Source of the DNA: the human T2T-CHM13v2.0 reference genome, Homo sapiens
Strand: one strand, 5' to 3'
Length of the DNA stretch: 64,000 bases
Assembly (NCBI RefSeq): GCF_009914755.1
Contig: NC_060937.1
Of the stretch, positions 14,771 to 27,025 are shown one piece after another. A program made the position numbers and the translations under genes. How positions within the stretch are numbered: the stretch's first letter is position 1; each line of letters opens with the position of its first letter. The notes beneath the pieces are model-generated. The model worked only from the letters and a program-made list of their open reading frames with translations. It had not been told where the DNA came from and did not search any database.

Positions 14771-15675
14771 TTATGCATTTAAAAATAAAAGCAAAAACAG
14801 AAGATATAGATTAGAATATATAACATACTGAAAATAATTTTTTTTATTTTTTTCCTCTAACATTACTCTGTATTCTGTATTTCATTACTCATCCTAGGTT
14901 ACTTACATAATGGGCCAAAAAAGTCTATATCATAAAAGCAACAACCTTTTACAACCTAAACAAAGTATTAAGGGGTCAACACAGAGGCAGGGAACCCCCA
15001 GATTCAGTACATTTAGCTTCTCATCTTCTATTTCTTAGAATCTCACTTATTGAAAGAATAAAATACTATTTTTTACTCTCTAATATAGTTATGCTTTCCT
15101 TTTAATCTTTATTTTTACTGGAGAAAACAATTGTAATACATTTGCTAAATGATAGTAATCCAGTGCTAACCCTTTCAAGTTCTAATTGATTTTCCTTTTA
15201 ATCACGTGTTTATAAAAGAAATATCTTCCCTTCCTGTGGCTTAAATCTTTATTCTGTGTTTTTTTTTCCTTGTTATGGAAAACTGACATACTAAAATATG
15301 GCTAATTTCAAATCTTTCTTAAAATTAATATCAAGTTACAATATAATAAGCTCGTGGACAATAGCATAAGATATAGAAGAGGGGTGCAAAAAATAGTTAT
15401 ATCTGTCAATACTAGGTTCTGCCTGTTTTTCAAGAAAAGACTAATTTTACAGTATTGTTGCTCCAGAACAGCTATCTACAGTTAAAATGCAGCCAATATA
15501 AAAATTCTGATACTCAAGTAGGTTTACAGATATATTCAACACTACACAGCTAATAGGTGGTGGAATTAGGATTCGAATCCATCAGGGCTTCCCCTTGGGT
15601 CTACAAGGCCCTAGACAAATATGTTTTTGGGGGTCTTTGTCTATATAAATATAATTTTATAAATATAGACATTAT

Positions 15676-16460
15676 AAAAAGATTTTCAATGTCAGTAATC
15701 ATTAGGAAAACTCAAAACCAAAATGAGACACTACCTCACACTCATCACGATAGCTATTAAAAAATAATACAACAGAACATAACATGTATGGCAAGAATGT
15801 GAAGAAATTGGAACCCTCGTACATTGCTACAAGGAATGCAAAATAGCGCAGCTGCTATAGGAAACAGTGTGGCAGTTCCTCAGAAATTAAAAAGAAAAAT
15901 ACTTCATTCATCAGCCATTCCATTTCCGAGCACATACCCAAAAGAACTAAAAACAATAGGTTTTTGAACACCTATGTTAATAGCAGCAGCATTCACAATA
16001 GCCAAAATTTGGACGCCACCCAGGTGGCCATTGAGGGATGAATAGATAAACAAAATGTAATATATACACACAATGGAATGTTATTCAGCCTTATAAAGAA
16101 GGAAATTCTAACATACTACAACATGGATGAACCTTGAAAGTATTAGTATAATACACTCATACAGTCACAAAAAGACAAAAATTGTATGGTTCCATTTATA
16201 AGAATTTCCTGGAGTAGCTAATTCATAGAGACAGAAAGTAGAAGGGAGATGGTCATGGGCTCAGTGGAGAAGAAAGTGAGGAAATAGTGTTTACTGGGTC
16301 CAGAGTTTCAGGCTGGGAAGACAAGACATTTCTGGTGATAGAAGGTGGTGGAAGCTGCACAACAGTGTGAATGCCCTAGTGCCAACAAACTGTACATTTA
16401 AAAATGGTTATGATGGTGCATTTTATGTTATGTATAATTTACTGCAATAACAAATACAAA
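15676..16460 (+). mobile_element. L1MB (L1MB3-like) ORF2 end and 3' UTR
   Basis: gaaattggaaccctcgtacattgct, catggatgaaccttgaa, aattcatagagacagaaagtagaa, aaaatggtta...ttttatgttatgt. Confidence 0.85.
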
Positions 16461-19400
16461 ATGTTGGAGCTCCTGTGAAATATAATGATTCAATCTGGAC
16501 ATTTATATCAATGAGTAGATCAGAGTGGATTACATATCTGTCCATTGTCCAGCTACCTTGTCTTTCTTGTCTGATGCGGGAACTATCTCTTTGTGTTCTT
16601 AACTGTCAAATATTGAGTGCTGGGCTAATTTTGTATCTCCTACCAGTAAAAAAAGTTAGCAACCCTCCTATTACCCTCCTTGTTAGGCCTGTGTTTGTAC
16701 TTGAACAATATAGATGGCCTTTTCCCTGTGGTTTCTTGACATCATTGTTTCAATGCTGGGTATATCATCCCTCATCACTTGGCATTGTCCATCCTGCTGC
16801 CTGTGACCTCTGAGTTTCAAGGACTCTTCTCTTCGATCATGATCACAATCCAATCCAAAGTATATAGCAAAATGTGAACACTAATTCTTTGTCTGGTTAT
16901 GTTAAGTTTACATTTAACTTTTTCAACTTTTAGAGTGTGAACACAGAACAATTTTCCAATCAGGTGCTCTGTGGAAATCTGTAACCCATAATTGCTGTAT
17001 GTAGAGGATGTTCCTCTTCCCATGTTGACGATGCCTCTGCTGGCCACACACCTGATCCCCAGCAGGAAGGATAAACATGGAGTTTGCGTGTGGAGCTGGA
17101 ACAATCCCATTTATGCAGAGTATGGCAATCCATCATTGAGCCTGGCAGATGACCACTCAGCAAACATGATATCACCCCATTGGTTGAGGTTAGACAGGAG
17201 AATTGGAAAGGCCCATTAGCATTGTGGACTAATCATCTCAAAAGCTCTTGAAACAGAGAGGTGCAGCCACCCAGATCTGCCTCACATAGAGTACAGAGCC
17301 AGCAGAAAGACTGGGTGACCACCCCAGGGGCAAGGACACACAGGGTAAGGAAGGTTGCTGTCACCCATGCCAGCCTTGACTGATGTAAACCAGACATGGT
17401 TCCATGGTTGGAACCCAGAGGTGAGAATCAGCATGCAGCCACACCAGAAAGTCACAGTGGATTGCAGGTAGCCCTATGCTCTAAATTTGTCCTGTGTCAA
17501 CAAGTGTGACAGTGACCAGATCCTCGGAAAGAAATACTGTGACTGCCAGTGGTATATCCTGGACCGATGAGGCCACGGGTCTGAATGGAACCCAAAGACT
17601 GAGTCCCAGGGCTCCTCTGGGCACCCATTTGAACCCACTCATAAGATGAGGGACCACACATGCCCCAAAGGGAAGAGTACAGGAACCCATGCCCACGCGA
17701 GTCCCTTTCAGACCCAGGCTAGATTCCTGCCAGCACTGCTGGCCCTGGATGGTCCCAGCCACTGGAAGGGGTACTTAGAATCTTCTGAACAGGGTATTCT
17801 AAAGTGGATCTAAAGTTGCTACTAGAATTGATATATGCCTACCTCCAAATTTAGTTTCACTGTCAGTGGGTTTCTAATTTTTTAAATAGCAGAGGCTTTA
17901 AAATAAAATCTTACATAAGCCTAAATAGAGAAAGCAGCTAATAGAAAAAAACGTCTGCTTGAAGCATGAGTGAGGCCTAAGATATCACTCACATGTCCAA
18001 CCTCTTGGCACCTCCATCGTTCGGTGGCAGCTCCCAGGACATTGGCAAAACACCCTGCAAAACACCTTCTGACTGAACGGGGCGGTTGTATTCCATCCCT
18101 GCTCAGAGCTCTTTGGAAGAATCAATGAGATTGATATAATTTGATCACCATCAGTCTTTTCTCTCCAGTTTGCAAGCTACCCTGGTTTCCTGTTTCATTC
18201 TATTGACCCTCACTCAGCTATCCCTAGGGAATGGACCTCACAGTATCTTACATCTTTAGTTTTATAATCTAACATACATATTCAGTAAATTAAACAATGC
18301 AAACAAACACAAAAGTTATGATCAGGGAAAATAAAGCAAAAATAAATTAATTGGTCCTGATACACTGATTCAGTGCTATAGCAGTTTCCTCTCTTACTGG
18401 GTATTTCATAATCCCTACCCCTTTGATTTGTACCATGACTGACTTTTCTTAGATTTTAATTTTATTAGGAAATGTCAATGCCTAACAAAATTTAAGTGAT
18501 TAATGTGTAAATGAAATTATTCTATTTATAACATTTTGTATTCTGTGGTCAGAACATTCTCAAACATATTTTATGTTAGCTGTGGCTTTTATCAGATAGT
18601 TCCCTGACTTTAAAACTTTCAATAAGTATTAACCACCAAATGTCATCCAGATTCCTTATCAAACTTTCAAGGTTCACTGCAATTCAATCTCTAGCTGCCT
18701 TTGAATCTTCGCCAACAATTCTAATGGACCAACTGCTAATATCACTTATTAGACCATTTTTATGTGCCAATCACTTAGGTAAATAAATATGTTCATTGTT
18801 TAGATGTATTTATGTATAGATACATATGCTGTATATACAATATAGATATTGTATATATTTGTGTACATGTGTGTATATAAAACTGAGGTTTAGAAAACAA
18901 ATAATTTTACCTAATGACACAAAATCACTGATTGTAAAGTGTAAGTTGATTTCAACTGAAAGGTGTTGCCATTTCTATTAAAGAAGTGAAACATTACCTG
19001 CCTCTTTAAACCATCTCATGTGTTTATTCACCCCAAATACATTTTCAGCACTTCCTTTCTTCTTCCCTCATTCTCTGTTTCTGACTTCTCTCCATCCCCC
19101 TTCCTTCTTTTCTTCCGTTTCTTTGTTTTTGAGAAATTACCGTTATAATTCTGAGCATTGGACTCAATCTAGAGGAGCAATTGACATATAAAAATATTAT
19201 ATATGTATGTGCATATGGGTGTGTATATAATGCACTTATTGACCAGCGAAGTTCAGTGCAGGTGCTGGGAGTTTTACAGGAAAGATAAAACTTGACAGCA
19301 GTTAATTGCTGTACACTATCTGTTGCACAAGGAACTTGCATACTATGTTAACATAGTATGCAAAGATTTTATACCCTGAACAGGTAGACATAGATTGATT

Positions 19401-19550
19401 GATTGATTTATATAGATTACGTAGATGTGCATTAAGCATTAGTTATACCCATATACTTAGGTATATATCAGATATATGTTATACATAGTTATGTATACAT
19501 TTTTATTATATTATATATAATCTATATTGTATTATAATTATATTTTATGT

Positions 19551-21850
19551 TGATATGGTTTGGCTGTGTCCCCACCCAAATCTCATCTTGAATTGTAGCT
19601 TCCATAATTCCCATGTGTTATGGGAGGGACCCAGCGGAAGGTAATTGAATCATGGGGGTGGTTTCCCCCATACTGTTCTCATGGTAGTGAATAAGTCTCA
19701 AGAGATTGGGTGGCTTTATAAGGAGAAAACCCTTCCTCTTGGCTGTCATTCTCTCTCTTGCCAGCTGCCAAAATAAGACATGCCTTCCACCTTCTACCAT
19801 GATTGTGAGGCCTCCCCAGCCACATAGAAATGTAAGTTCATTAAACCTCTTTTTCTTCATAAATTACCCAGTTTCAGGTATGTCTTTATCAGCAATGTGA
19901 AAATGGTCTAATACAGTAAATTGGTACCTGGAGAGCTGGGTGCTGCTGTAAAGATACCCCAAAATGTGGAAGTAACTTTGGAATGGGTAACAGGCAGAGG
20001 TTGGTACAGTTTGGAGAGCTAAGAAGAGGATAGAAAGATGTGAGAAAGTTTGGAACTTCCTAGAGACTTGTTGAATGGCTTTGACCAAAATGCTGATAGT
20101 GATATGGACAATGAAATCCAGGCTGAGGTGGTCTCAGATGGAGATGAGAAACTTATTGGGAACTGGAGTAAAGGTGACTCTTGCTATGTTTTAGCAAAGA
20201 AACTGGCGGCATTTCACCCCTGCCCTAGGGATTTGTGGAACTTTGAACTTGAGAGAGATTATTTAGGATATCTGGCGGAAGAAATTTCTAAGCAGCACAG
20301 CATTCAAGATATGATTTAGGTGATGCTAAAAGCATTCGGTTTTAAAAGGAAAACAGCATAAAAATTCAGAAAATTTGCAGCCTGATGATGTGATAGAAAA
20401 GGAAAATCTATTTTTTGAGGAGAAATTCAAGCCCGCTGAAGTAATGTGCATAAGTAATGAGGAGCTGAATGTCAATCCCCAAGACAATGGGAAAAGTGTC
20501 TCCAGGACATGTCAGAGATGTTTGCAGCAGTGCCTCCCATCACAGACCCAGAGGCCTAGGAGGAAGAAATGGTCTCATGGGCTGGGCCTAGGGACCCCTG
20601 CCATGTGCAGCCTAGGGACTTGGTGCCCTGCATCCCAGCCACTCTAGCCATGGCTAAAAGGGGCCAAGGTACAGCTCAGGTTGTGGCTTCAGAGGGTGGA
20701 AGCCCCAAGCCTTGGCAGCTTCCACATGGTGTTGAGCCTGCGAGTGCACAGAAGTGAAGAGTTAAGGTTTGGGAACCTCTGCCTAGATTACAGAGGAAGT
20801 ATGAAAATGCCTGGATGTCCAGTCAGAAGTTTCCTGCAGGGACAGGGCCCTCATGGAGCACCTTTGCTAGGGCAGTGTGGAAGGGAAATATGGGGTTGGA
20901 GCCCCACACAGAGTCCCCACTGGGGCATTGCCTAGTGGAGCTGTGAAAAGAGGGTCACCGTACTCCAGACCCCAGAATAGTAGATCCATCAACAGCTTGC
21001 ACAGTGCACCCGGAAAAGCCACAGACACCCAGTGCTAGCTAGCCCATGAAGGCAGCTGGGCACAGGGGCTGTACCCTGTAAAGCCACAGGGTCGGAGCTG
21101 CCCAAGACAATGTGAGCCCACCTCTCACAACAGCGTGACCTGGATGTGATACATGGAGTCAAAAGAGATCATTTCAGAGCTTTAAGATTTGGCTGTCCTG
21201 CTGGAGTTCAGACTTGCATGGGCCTTGTAGCTCTTTTGTTTTGGGCAATTTCTCCCATTTGGAACGGCTGTATTTATCCAATGCCCATACCCCCATTGTA
21301 TCTAGGAAGTAACTAAGTGGCTTTTGATTTTATAGGCTCAAAGATAAAAGGGATTTGCCTTGTCTTGGATGAGACTTTGAACTTTGAGTTAATGCTGAAA
21401 TGCGTTAAGACTTCGGGGTACTGTTGGGAAGGCATGATTGGGTTTGAAATGTGAGGACTTGAGATTTGGGAGGGGGCAGGAGTGGAATTATATGGTTTAA
21501 CTGTTTCCCCACCCAATCTTATCTTGAATTGTAGCTTCCATAATCCCCACAAGTTGTGGGAGGAACCCGGTGGAAGGTAATTGAATCACAGGGATGTTTT
21601 CTCCCATACTTTTCTCGTGGTAGTGAATAAATCTCACGAGATCTGATGGTTTTATAAGAGGAAAACCCTTTTGCTTGGCTCTCATTCTCTCTCTTGCCTG
21701 CTGCCATGTGAGATGTACCTTTAACTTTCCACCATGATTGTGAGGCCTCCCCAGCCATATAAAACTGTGAGTCCCTTAAAGCTCTCTTTCTTTATAAATT
21801 ACCCAGTTTGGGGTATGTATTTTTCAGCTACATGAAAACGGGCTAATACA
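19551..21850 (+). mobile_element. Full-length THE1 (B/C-type) MaLR: 5' LTR 19551-19915, internal 19916-21487, 3' LTR 21488-21850
   Basis: Two LTRs of about 365 bp (tgatatggtttggctg...ctaataca). Internal region starts gtaaattggtacc and carries the disrupted MaLR ORF (ELPRDLLNGFDQNADSDMDNE...). Purine tract precedes the 3' LTR. Confidence 0.95.
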
Positions 21851-22396
21851 TAATTATATAATGATTCATGAAAAGCATATAATTTATCATATATTGTATT
21901 ACACACCTAGTTCAAATGTAATATAACATATATTGCATATAATGAAAGTTGTATTATATGCTGTATTCTATAGAGCCTATATAACATATATCATAAAAGT
22001 TGTGTTATATGCTATATACTAAATAGCCTACATAATGTGTGAAATATATAATATATTAGAGTATTCACTAGGACTAGATGGTGAGATCTTGACTCACATG
22101 CCAAAGTGTTGGTTCCTCACCCCAAATGTGATGCACAGCCATAGCTGCAATACAGCCCCCTCCTCTGTCATGTTCCTGCATCATGACCTGCTGTAAGCTT
22201 CTGTGGTTGTCATTGTATTGCACCACAATAAGTCAATTGCCTTTTAATTCACTATATTTTCTTTGCTTTATTTTCTTTAAATTTGGCTTATGTATCCCTT
22301 GCCTCGTGAATTCAATTATGATTTCCTTAAGTGCAGGTGCTATCTGTGTTTTGTATATTTCAGAGCACCTAGATACTTTAAAATAGTAGTAATTAT

Positions 22397-23185
22397 ATTT
22401 TTAACTTTTAGTTTCAGGGGTACATGTGCAGGTTTGTTTAATAGAAAAATTACATGTTGTGGGGGATTTGGCGTACATATTATTTCATCACCCAGATAAT
22501 AAGCATAGTATCTAATAGGTTATTTTTCGGTCTTCACCCTCCTCCCACCCTCCGCCCTCAAGTATGCCATGGTGTCTATTGGTCCCTTCTTTGTGTCCAT
22601 GTGTACTCAATGTTCAGCTCCCACTTGTAAATGAGAACATGCAGTGTTCGGTTTTCTGTTACTGCATTAGTATTCTTAGAATAATGTTGTCCAGCTCTAT
22701 CCATGTTGCTGCAAAGAACATAATATCGTTAATTTTTATGGTCACAGAGTATCCCATGGTGTATATGTATGAAATTTTCTTTATCCAGTCTACTATTTAT
22801 GGGCATTTACGTTGATTCCATGTCTTTGCTATTATGAACAGTGTGGTGAAGAACATATGCATGTGCCTTTATGTTATATACTACATTTCTGTGGGTATAT
22901 GCCCAATAAAGGGATTGCTGGGTTGAGTGGTAGTTCTCTTTTAAGTTCTTTGAGAAATCTCCAAACTGCTTTCCACAGTGGCTGAACTAATTTATATTCC
23001 CACCAGCGGTATATAAGCATTCTCTTTAATCTGTAGCTTCACCAGTATCTGTTGTTTTTTTTTTTTTTTTGACTTTTTGATATAGCCATTGTGACCAGTG
23101 TGCATATCTATGATTTTTATTTGCATTTCTATAATGATTAGTGATGTTAAGCATTTTTTAATATGCTTGTTGGCTGCATATATAT
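22397..23185 (-). mobile_element. L1PA15-like 3' end (3' UTR and ORF2 C-terminus)
   Basis: ttttaacttttagtttcaggggtacatgtgcagg...tatttcatcacccagataataagcatagta...ctcaagta...atgagaacatgcagtg. Confidence 0.88.
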
Positions 23186-23506
23186 TGTATTAGCCCATTC
23201 TCACACTGCTACCTAAGACTGGGTAATTTATGAAGAAAAGAGGTTTAATTGACTCACAGTTCTGCAGGCTGTACGGGACGCATGGCTGAGAAGCCTCAGA
23301 AACTTACTATCATGGCGGAAGGAGAAGGGGAAGCAAACATGCCTTACCATGGCCGAGCAGGAAGAAGAGAGAGTGAAAGGGGAAGTGCTGCACACTTTAA
23401 AACAACCAGATCTTGTGAGCACTCGTTCACTATTACAAGAACAGCAAAGGGGAAGTCTTCTCCCATGATTCAATCACCTCCCACCAGGCTCCTCACTTAA
23501 CATGTG
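23186..23506 (-). mobile_element. MSTA LTR inserted in the L1, missing its 5' terminus
   Basis: tgtattagcccattctcacactgct...gcaggctgtac...catgattcaatcacctcccaccagg. The terminal aaaccatatca is absent. Confidence 0.88.
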
Positions 23507-24946
23507 AGTTGGGTTTGGTGCTCACTTGGGTTTGGGGTAGCTGCTCTGCTGCCTTAAGCCGGGGGCTCAGCCTTGTGAAGAGTAGTGGGTGGGGGAAGAA
23601 AGACTATTCTCTGCTCTGCATGGCAGCTGTGGAGTGCTGGAGGTGCCAGCGATGCAACCAAGCCCTTTGTTCTTTCCCCAGCCCGAAGGCAGGAAGGGTA
23701 ATACCACTGCAGCTGCAATGGGAGAGGGCTGTTGGTTGTCTGTGGAATTTCCTCCCCAGAGTAACACGGAGCCACCACCGACTGAAGGGTTCAGTCAGGG
23801 ACAGGATGGTTGGGCTGGGGACCAGGTTGAGAGGCCCTGCCTAGTGAGGAGTAACAGGGGCAGGGACCTATGTGGAAAACACTGTGGCCACTATTGTGTA
23901 AGGCAGCTGCACAGTGCTGGAGGCCTGTGTTAGTCCTTAAGCTCTTCCTCCCTCCTTAGCCTGAGGGCAGCAGAGGCAGGAGCTGCAGAACATAACAATG
24001 GTGGGCCTCCCTGCCGCCTCTGGGAGCTCCATCTCAGGGAAGTGCAGAGCTGCTGCCAGCCCGAGAGCTCGGGTGGGTCTGGGGTGGCTTAGGTCCCTGG
24101 TTGGGAGGCCCTACCCAGTGAGAAGTAGCAGGGGAAAGGACCCATGTGGAAAACAGTCTGGCAGCTTTTGCATAAAACAGCTGTGCTGTGCTGGGGTCTG
24201 AATTAGTCCTTAATCACTTCACTGTCTCCCAAGCCTGAGGGCAGCAGGTGTGGTGGTGGGGGGGTTGTTGGGGGGTGCTGTAGAGCAGCAAAACTGGTGG
24301 GCCCGTGTGCGAGTGCTGGGAGCTCCATCCCAGGGAAGTACAGGGCTGCTACTGGCCCAAGAGCTCAGGCAGGGCTGGGTTGGCCATGCTAGGGTCCCAG
24401 GCCACTTGGCTTTGTCCTGTACTGTGCAGTACAGGCAAGGCCTGCAGTCCATCTGCTCTTCAGCCCCATAGATTCAGCTCCTATTCTGACAGCATGTAAG
24501 GGAGTCTGGCCTCCCCTGTTGCCAGCGCTTCAGTTGCTGGTGCTGGGGTGTCCAGCTGTCCAAGTTCCCTAAGGCTAGGCATGTGCCTGCACAGTGGCTC
24601 TGCCCAGACTCCATGTCACTCTCTGTGTCAGTCTGGAAGCCCTGGTGGGGATGGGAAGGGATGATCACAGGGAATTGCCTGAGCCCAGAGTTGCAAAGGT
24701 CTGTGGCAAAAGTGTGGTCCTCGGGGGCTTTCATTCACTCACCGTTCCACACAGTGGGGAGCCTCCTCTTTAGTCCCAATCCTGTCTGGTCTTGCTCTTC
24801 TTTGTTCTCTGTGGGTCACATTGTTTCCTGGATGCATCCCAAAGTGTCCTCCTGGACCATCCAGGTCAGGAGCTAATGTATACTCACCACTGTTTCTCCT
24901 CCCCATGAGAATGGCAGACATCAACTTCTAGTCAGCCATCATGGCA
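23507..24946 (-). mobile_element. L1PA15/16-type 5' UTR with degenerate ~273-296 bp tandem units
   Basis: GC-rich segment ending cttctagtcagccatcatggc, whose reverse complement matches the L1 5' motif gccaagatggccgactagaag. Repeated blocks tagtccttaa (23931, 24204) and tgggagctccatc (24021, 24317). Confidence 0.75.
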
Positions 24947-24954
24947 CTAGAAAA

Positions 24955-25139
24955 TATTTCCTGGCTTCCAGGGATCCTGCTGCCTTAGTTATGGATGGAT
25001 CTCCCAATACCTTCCAGTCCCAGAATCACAGAGTCTGCAGTAGAGTCACCTAGGGTCTCCAGGAGCAGAGGGCACGGAGAGGTGAAGACAGGATGTGGAG
25101 CTCTGTCTGAAGAAAGAGACAAAGGCCCTGCCAGATCCC
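24955..25139 (-). pseudogene. Retrotransposed exon 1 (5' UTR to start codon) of a ZNF91/ZNF93-clade KRAB zinc-finger gene, fused to the L1 5' end
   Basis: Minus strand reads gggatctggcagggcctttgtctct...agagctcca...gtcttcacctctccgtgccctctgctcctggagaccc...ggtattgggagatcca...actaaggcagcaggatccctggaagccaggaaATA. This is collinear with the recalled clade exon 1 (ggcctttgtctct...ggtattgggagatccacagctaag...ggaagcctagaaATG). Confidence 0.75.
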
Positions 25140-26055
25140 AGTAATTATTTTTTAATGTAATTTTATCATAATACTTTTTCTAATTTGTTCTACTTTATTT
25201 GTATATAAAATGTACTTAAAATGCTATTTTTCATTAATAAAATCATAAAATGTTTTATGTATTACCAAAATTTATATTCCAATTTTTCAAATTGGGAATA
25301 ATGTCCTTGAATTTTTACCATTTAAGTCTAGCAAAGTTTTATATCATTATTGTATGAATATACACTATATAAATAACATAAACATATTATATATAAGTAT
25401 ATTGCATGTATGTACATGTAAATATATCGATCTAGTATATATGTAGATTTATTGAATATGTGCATATGCATTTGTGTATGTGTGTAATGGTTACGGGGAT
25501 TACCAGGTTCAAGATCTATGATATAGTAAATATCAGTATGTAAATTTTTAAGAGTCTTACTATACCCGTTCATAGTATTTACACACATACACATGCACAC
25601 AGCCTGCAAGAAGAGGTGCTAATCATCTTAAAGCATATTGCAGCATTTTTCAAACCAGACTCATACATTATTATCTCCGCTTCCTGATTTAAAGCCTGGC
25701 TTACAATTTTATGTATCACACATCTATTTGGATCATAATATATAGAAGACTGTTTTATGAAATGATGTTTATAAACTCTTTGGGTATGAACTTATAATTA
25801 CGTCCAGATATCAAGTATTTTGACCGAAAATATAACTCCTTTGGTGGAATCTAATCAAATTGGTCCAATTAATGACTCAGTACTTCGTACTTTTTAGATG
25901 TTTAAGTGTTCGTTAGCACAAGTTAAATTTTTAAATATAATTTTTTCACACAGAAGTGTTCCTTTTTAACTAATATTTTGTACTGAGTTTTGGGATATTG
26001 TTAAATGGATTTTGTTAAAATTTCTTTGTCACTGTTTTTCAAAAACAAATGTCTC

Positions 26056-27025
26056 CCAGACATTCTATGTTCATGGATTGAACGACTTAACATTGTTAAG
26101 ATGTCAATACTACCTACCGGTATCTGTAGATTTAATCCAATCCCTTTCAAATTTCCAATGGCATTTTTTACAGAAATAGATAAATCCATTCCCAAATATG
26201 TATAGAATCTCAAGAAATCCCAAATAGCAAAAACAATTCTGAAAAGGAAAACATAGCTGAAAAACTCACACTTTCTGATTTAAAAATGTACTAGTCTTAC
26301 AACAATCAAAACAGTGTGGTACTGACCTAAAGACAGAGACCAGTGGAAAGAAATAGAGAGTCCAGAAGTAAATCCTCAAAAATATGTGCAGGTGATTTTT
26401 AATAAGGGTGTTAAAACTATTCAATGGGGGAAAAAAGTCTTTTTTAAAAAATGGTGCTAGGAAAACTAAATATCCACATGCAAAAGAATCAAGTTGGACC
26501 CTTACCTAATACTATGTAAAACATGATGTAGTATTTAAATAAAAATGAATTCAGTATCTAAACAGAGACCAGAAATTATAAAACTCTTAAAACAAAACAC
26601 AGGACAAAACTTCACAATATTGAGCTAGCAATAAGTTCTTGGCTAGGACACCAAAGACACAGGCAACAAAGTAAAAAATAGACAAAATGCATTTTATAGA
26701 AAGTAAAAGAAAATAAAAATAGATCTTCAAAGGACACAGTCAACAGAATCAAAATGCAGCTCACAGAATAGGAGAAAATATTTGCACATCATATATCTAA
26801 TGAGGGATTAATATTCAGAATATAAAGAGAACTCCTAAAGCAACAACAGCAAAACACACAACCCAACTTAAAAACAGGCAGACAGCACAATTTAAAAAAA
26901 AAGACTTAAATAGAGATTTCCCCAAAGAAGATATACAAATGGCCAATAAGCCCATGAAAGGATGTTCATCTCTAGTCATTAGGGAAATGCAAATCAAAAC
27001 TATCATGAAATACCAATTCCCACTC
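26056..27025 (+). mobile_element. Old L1M ORF2 fragment
   Basis: Translates as [19 protein letters not shown]...[17 protein letters not shown], homologous to the L1 ORF2p at 49729. Many disablements. Confidence 0.88.

Noticed and set aside
20050-20935. Cluster of ORFs within the THE1 internal region
   Set aside because: Fragments of the standard MaLR internal ORF broken by stops and frameshifts, with no sign of domestication.
23509-24924. Many overlapping 60-114 aa ORFs
   Set aside because: Expected from GC-rich L1 5' UTR sequence. No recognisable domain.
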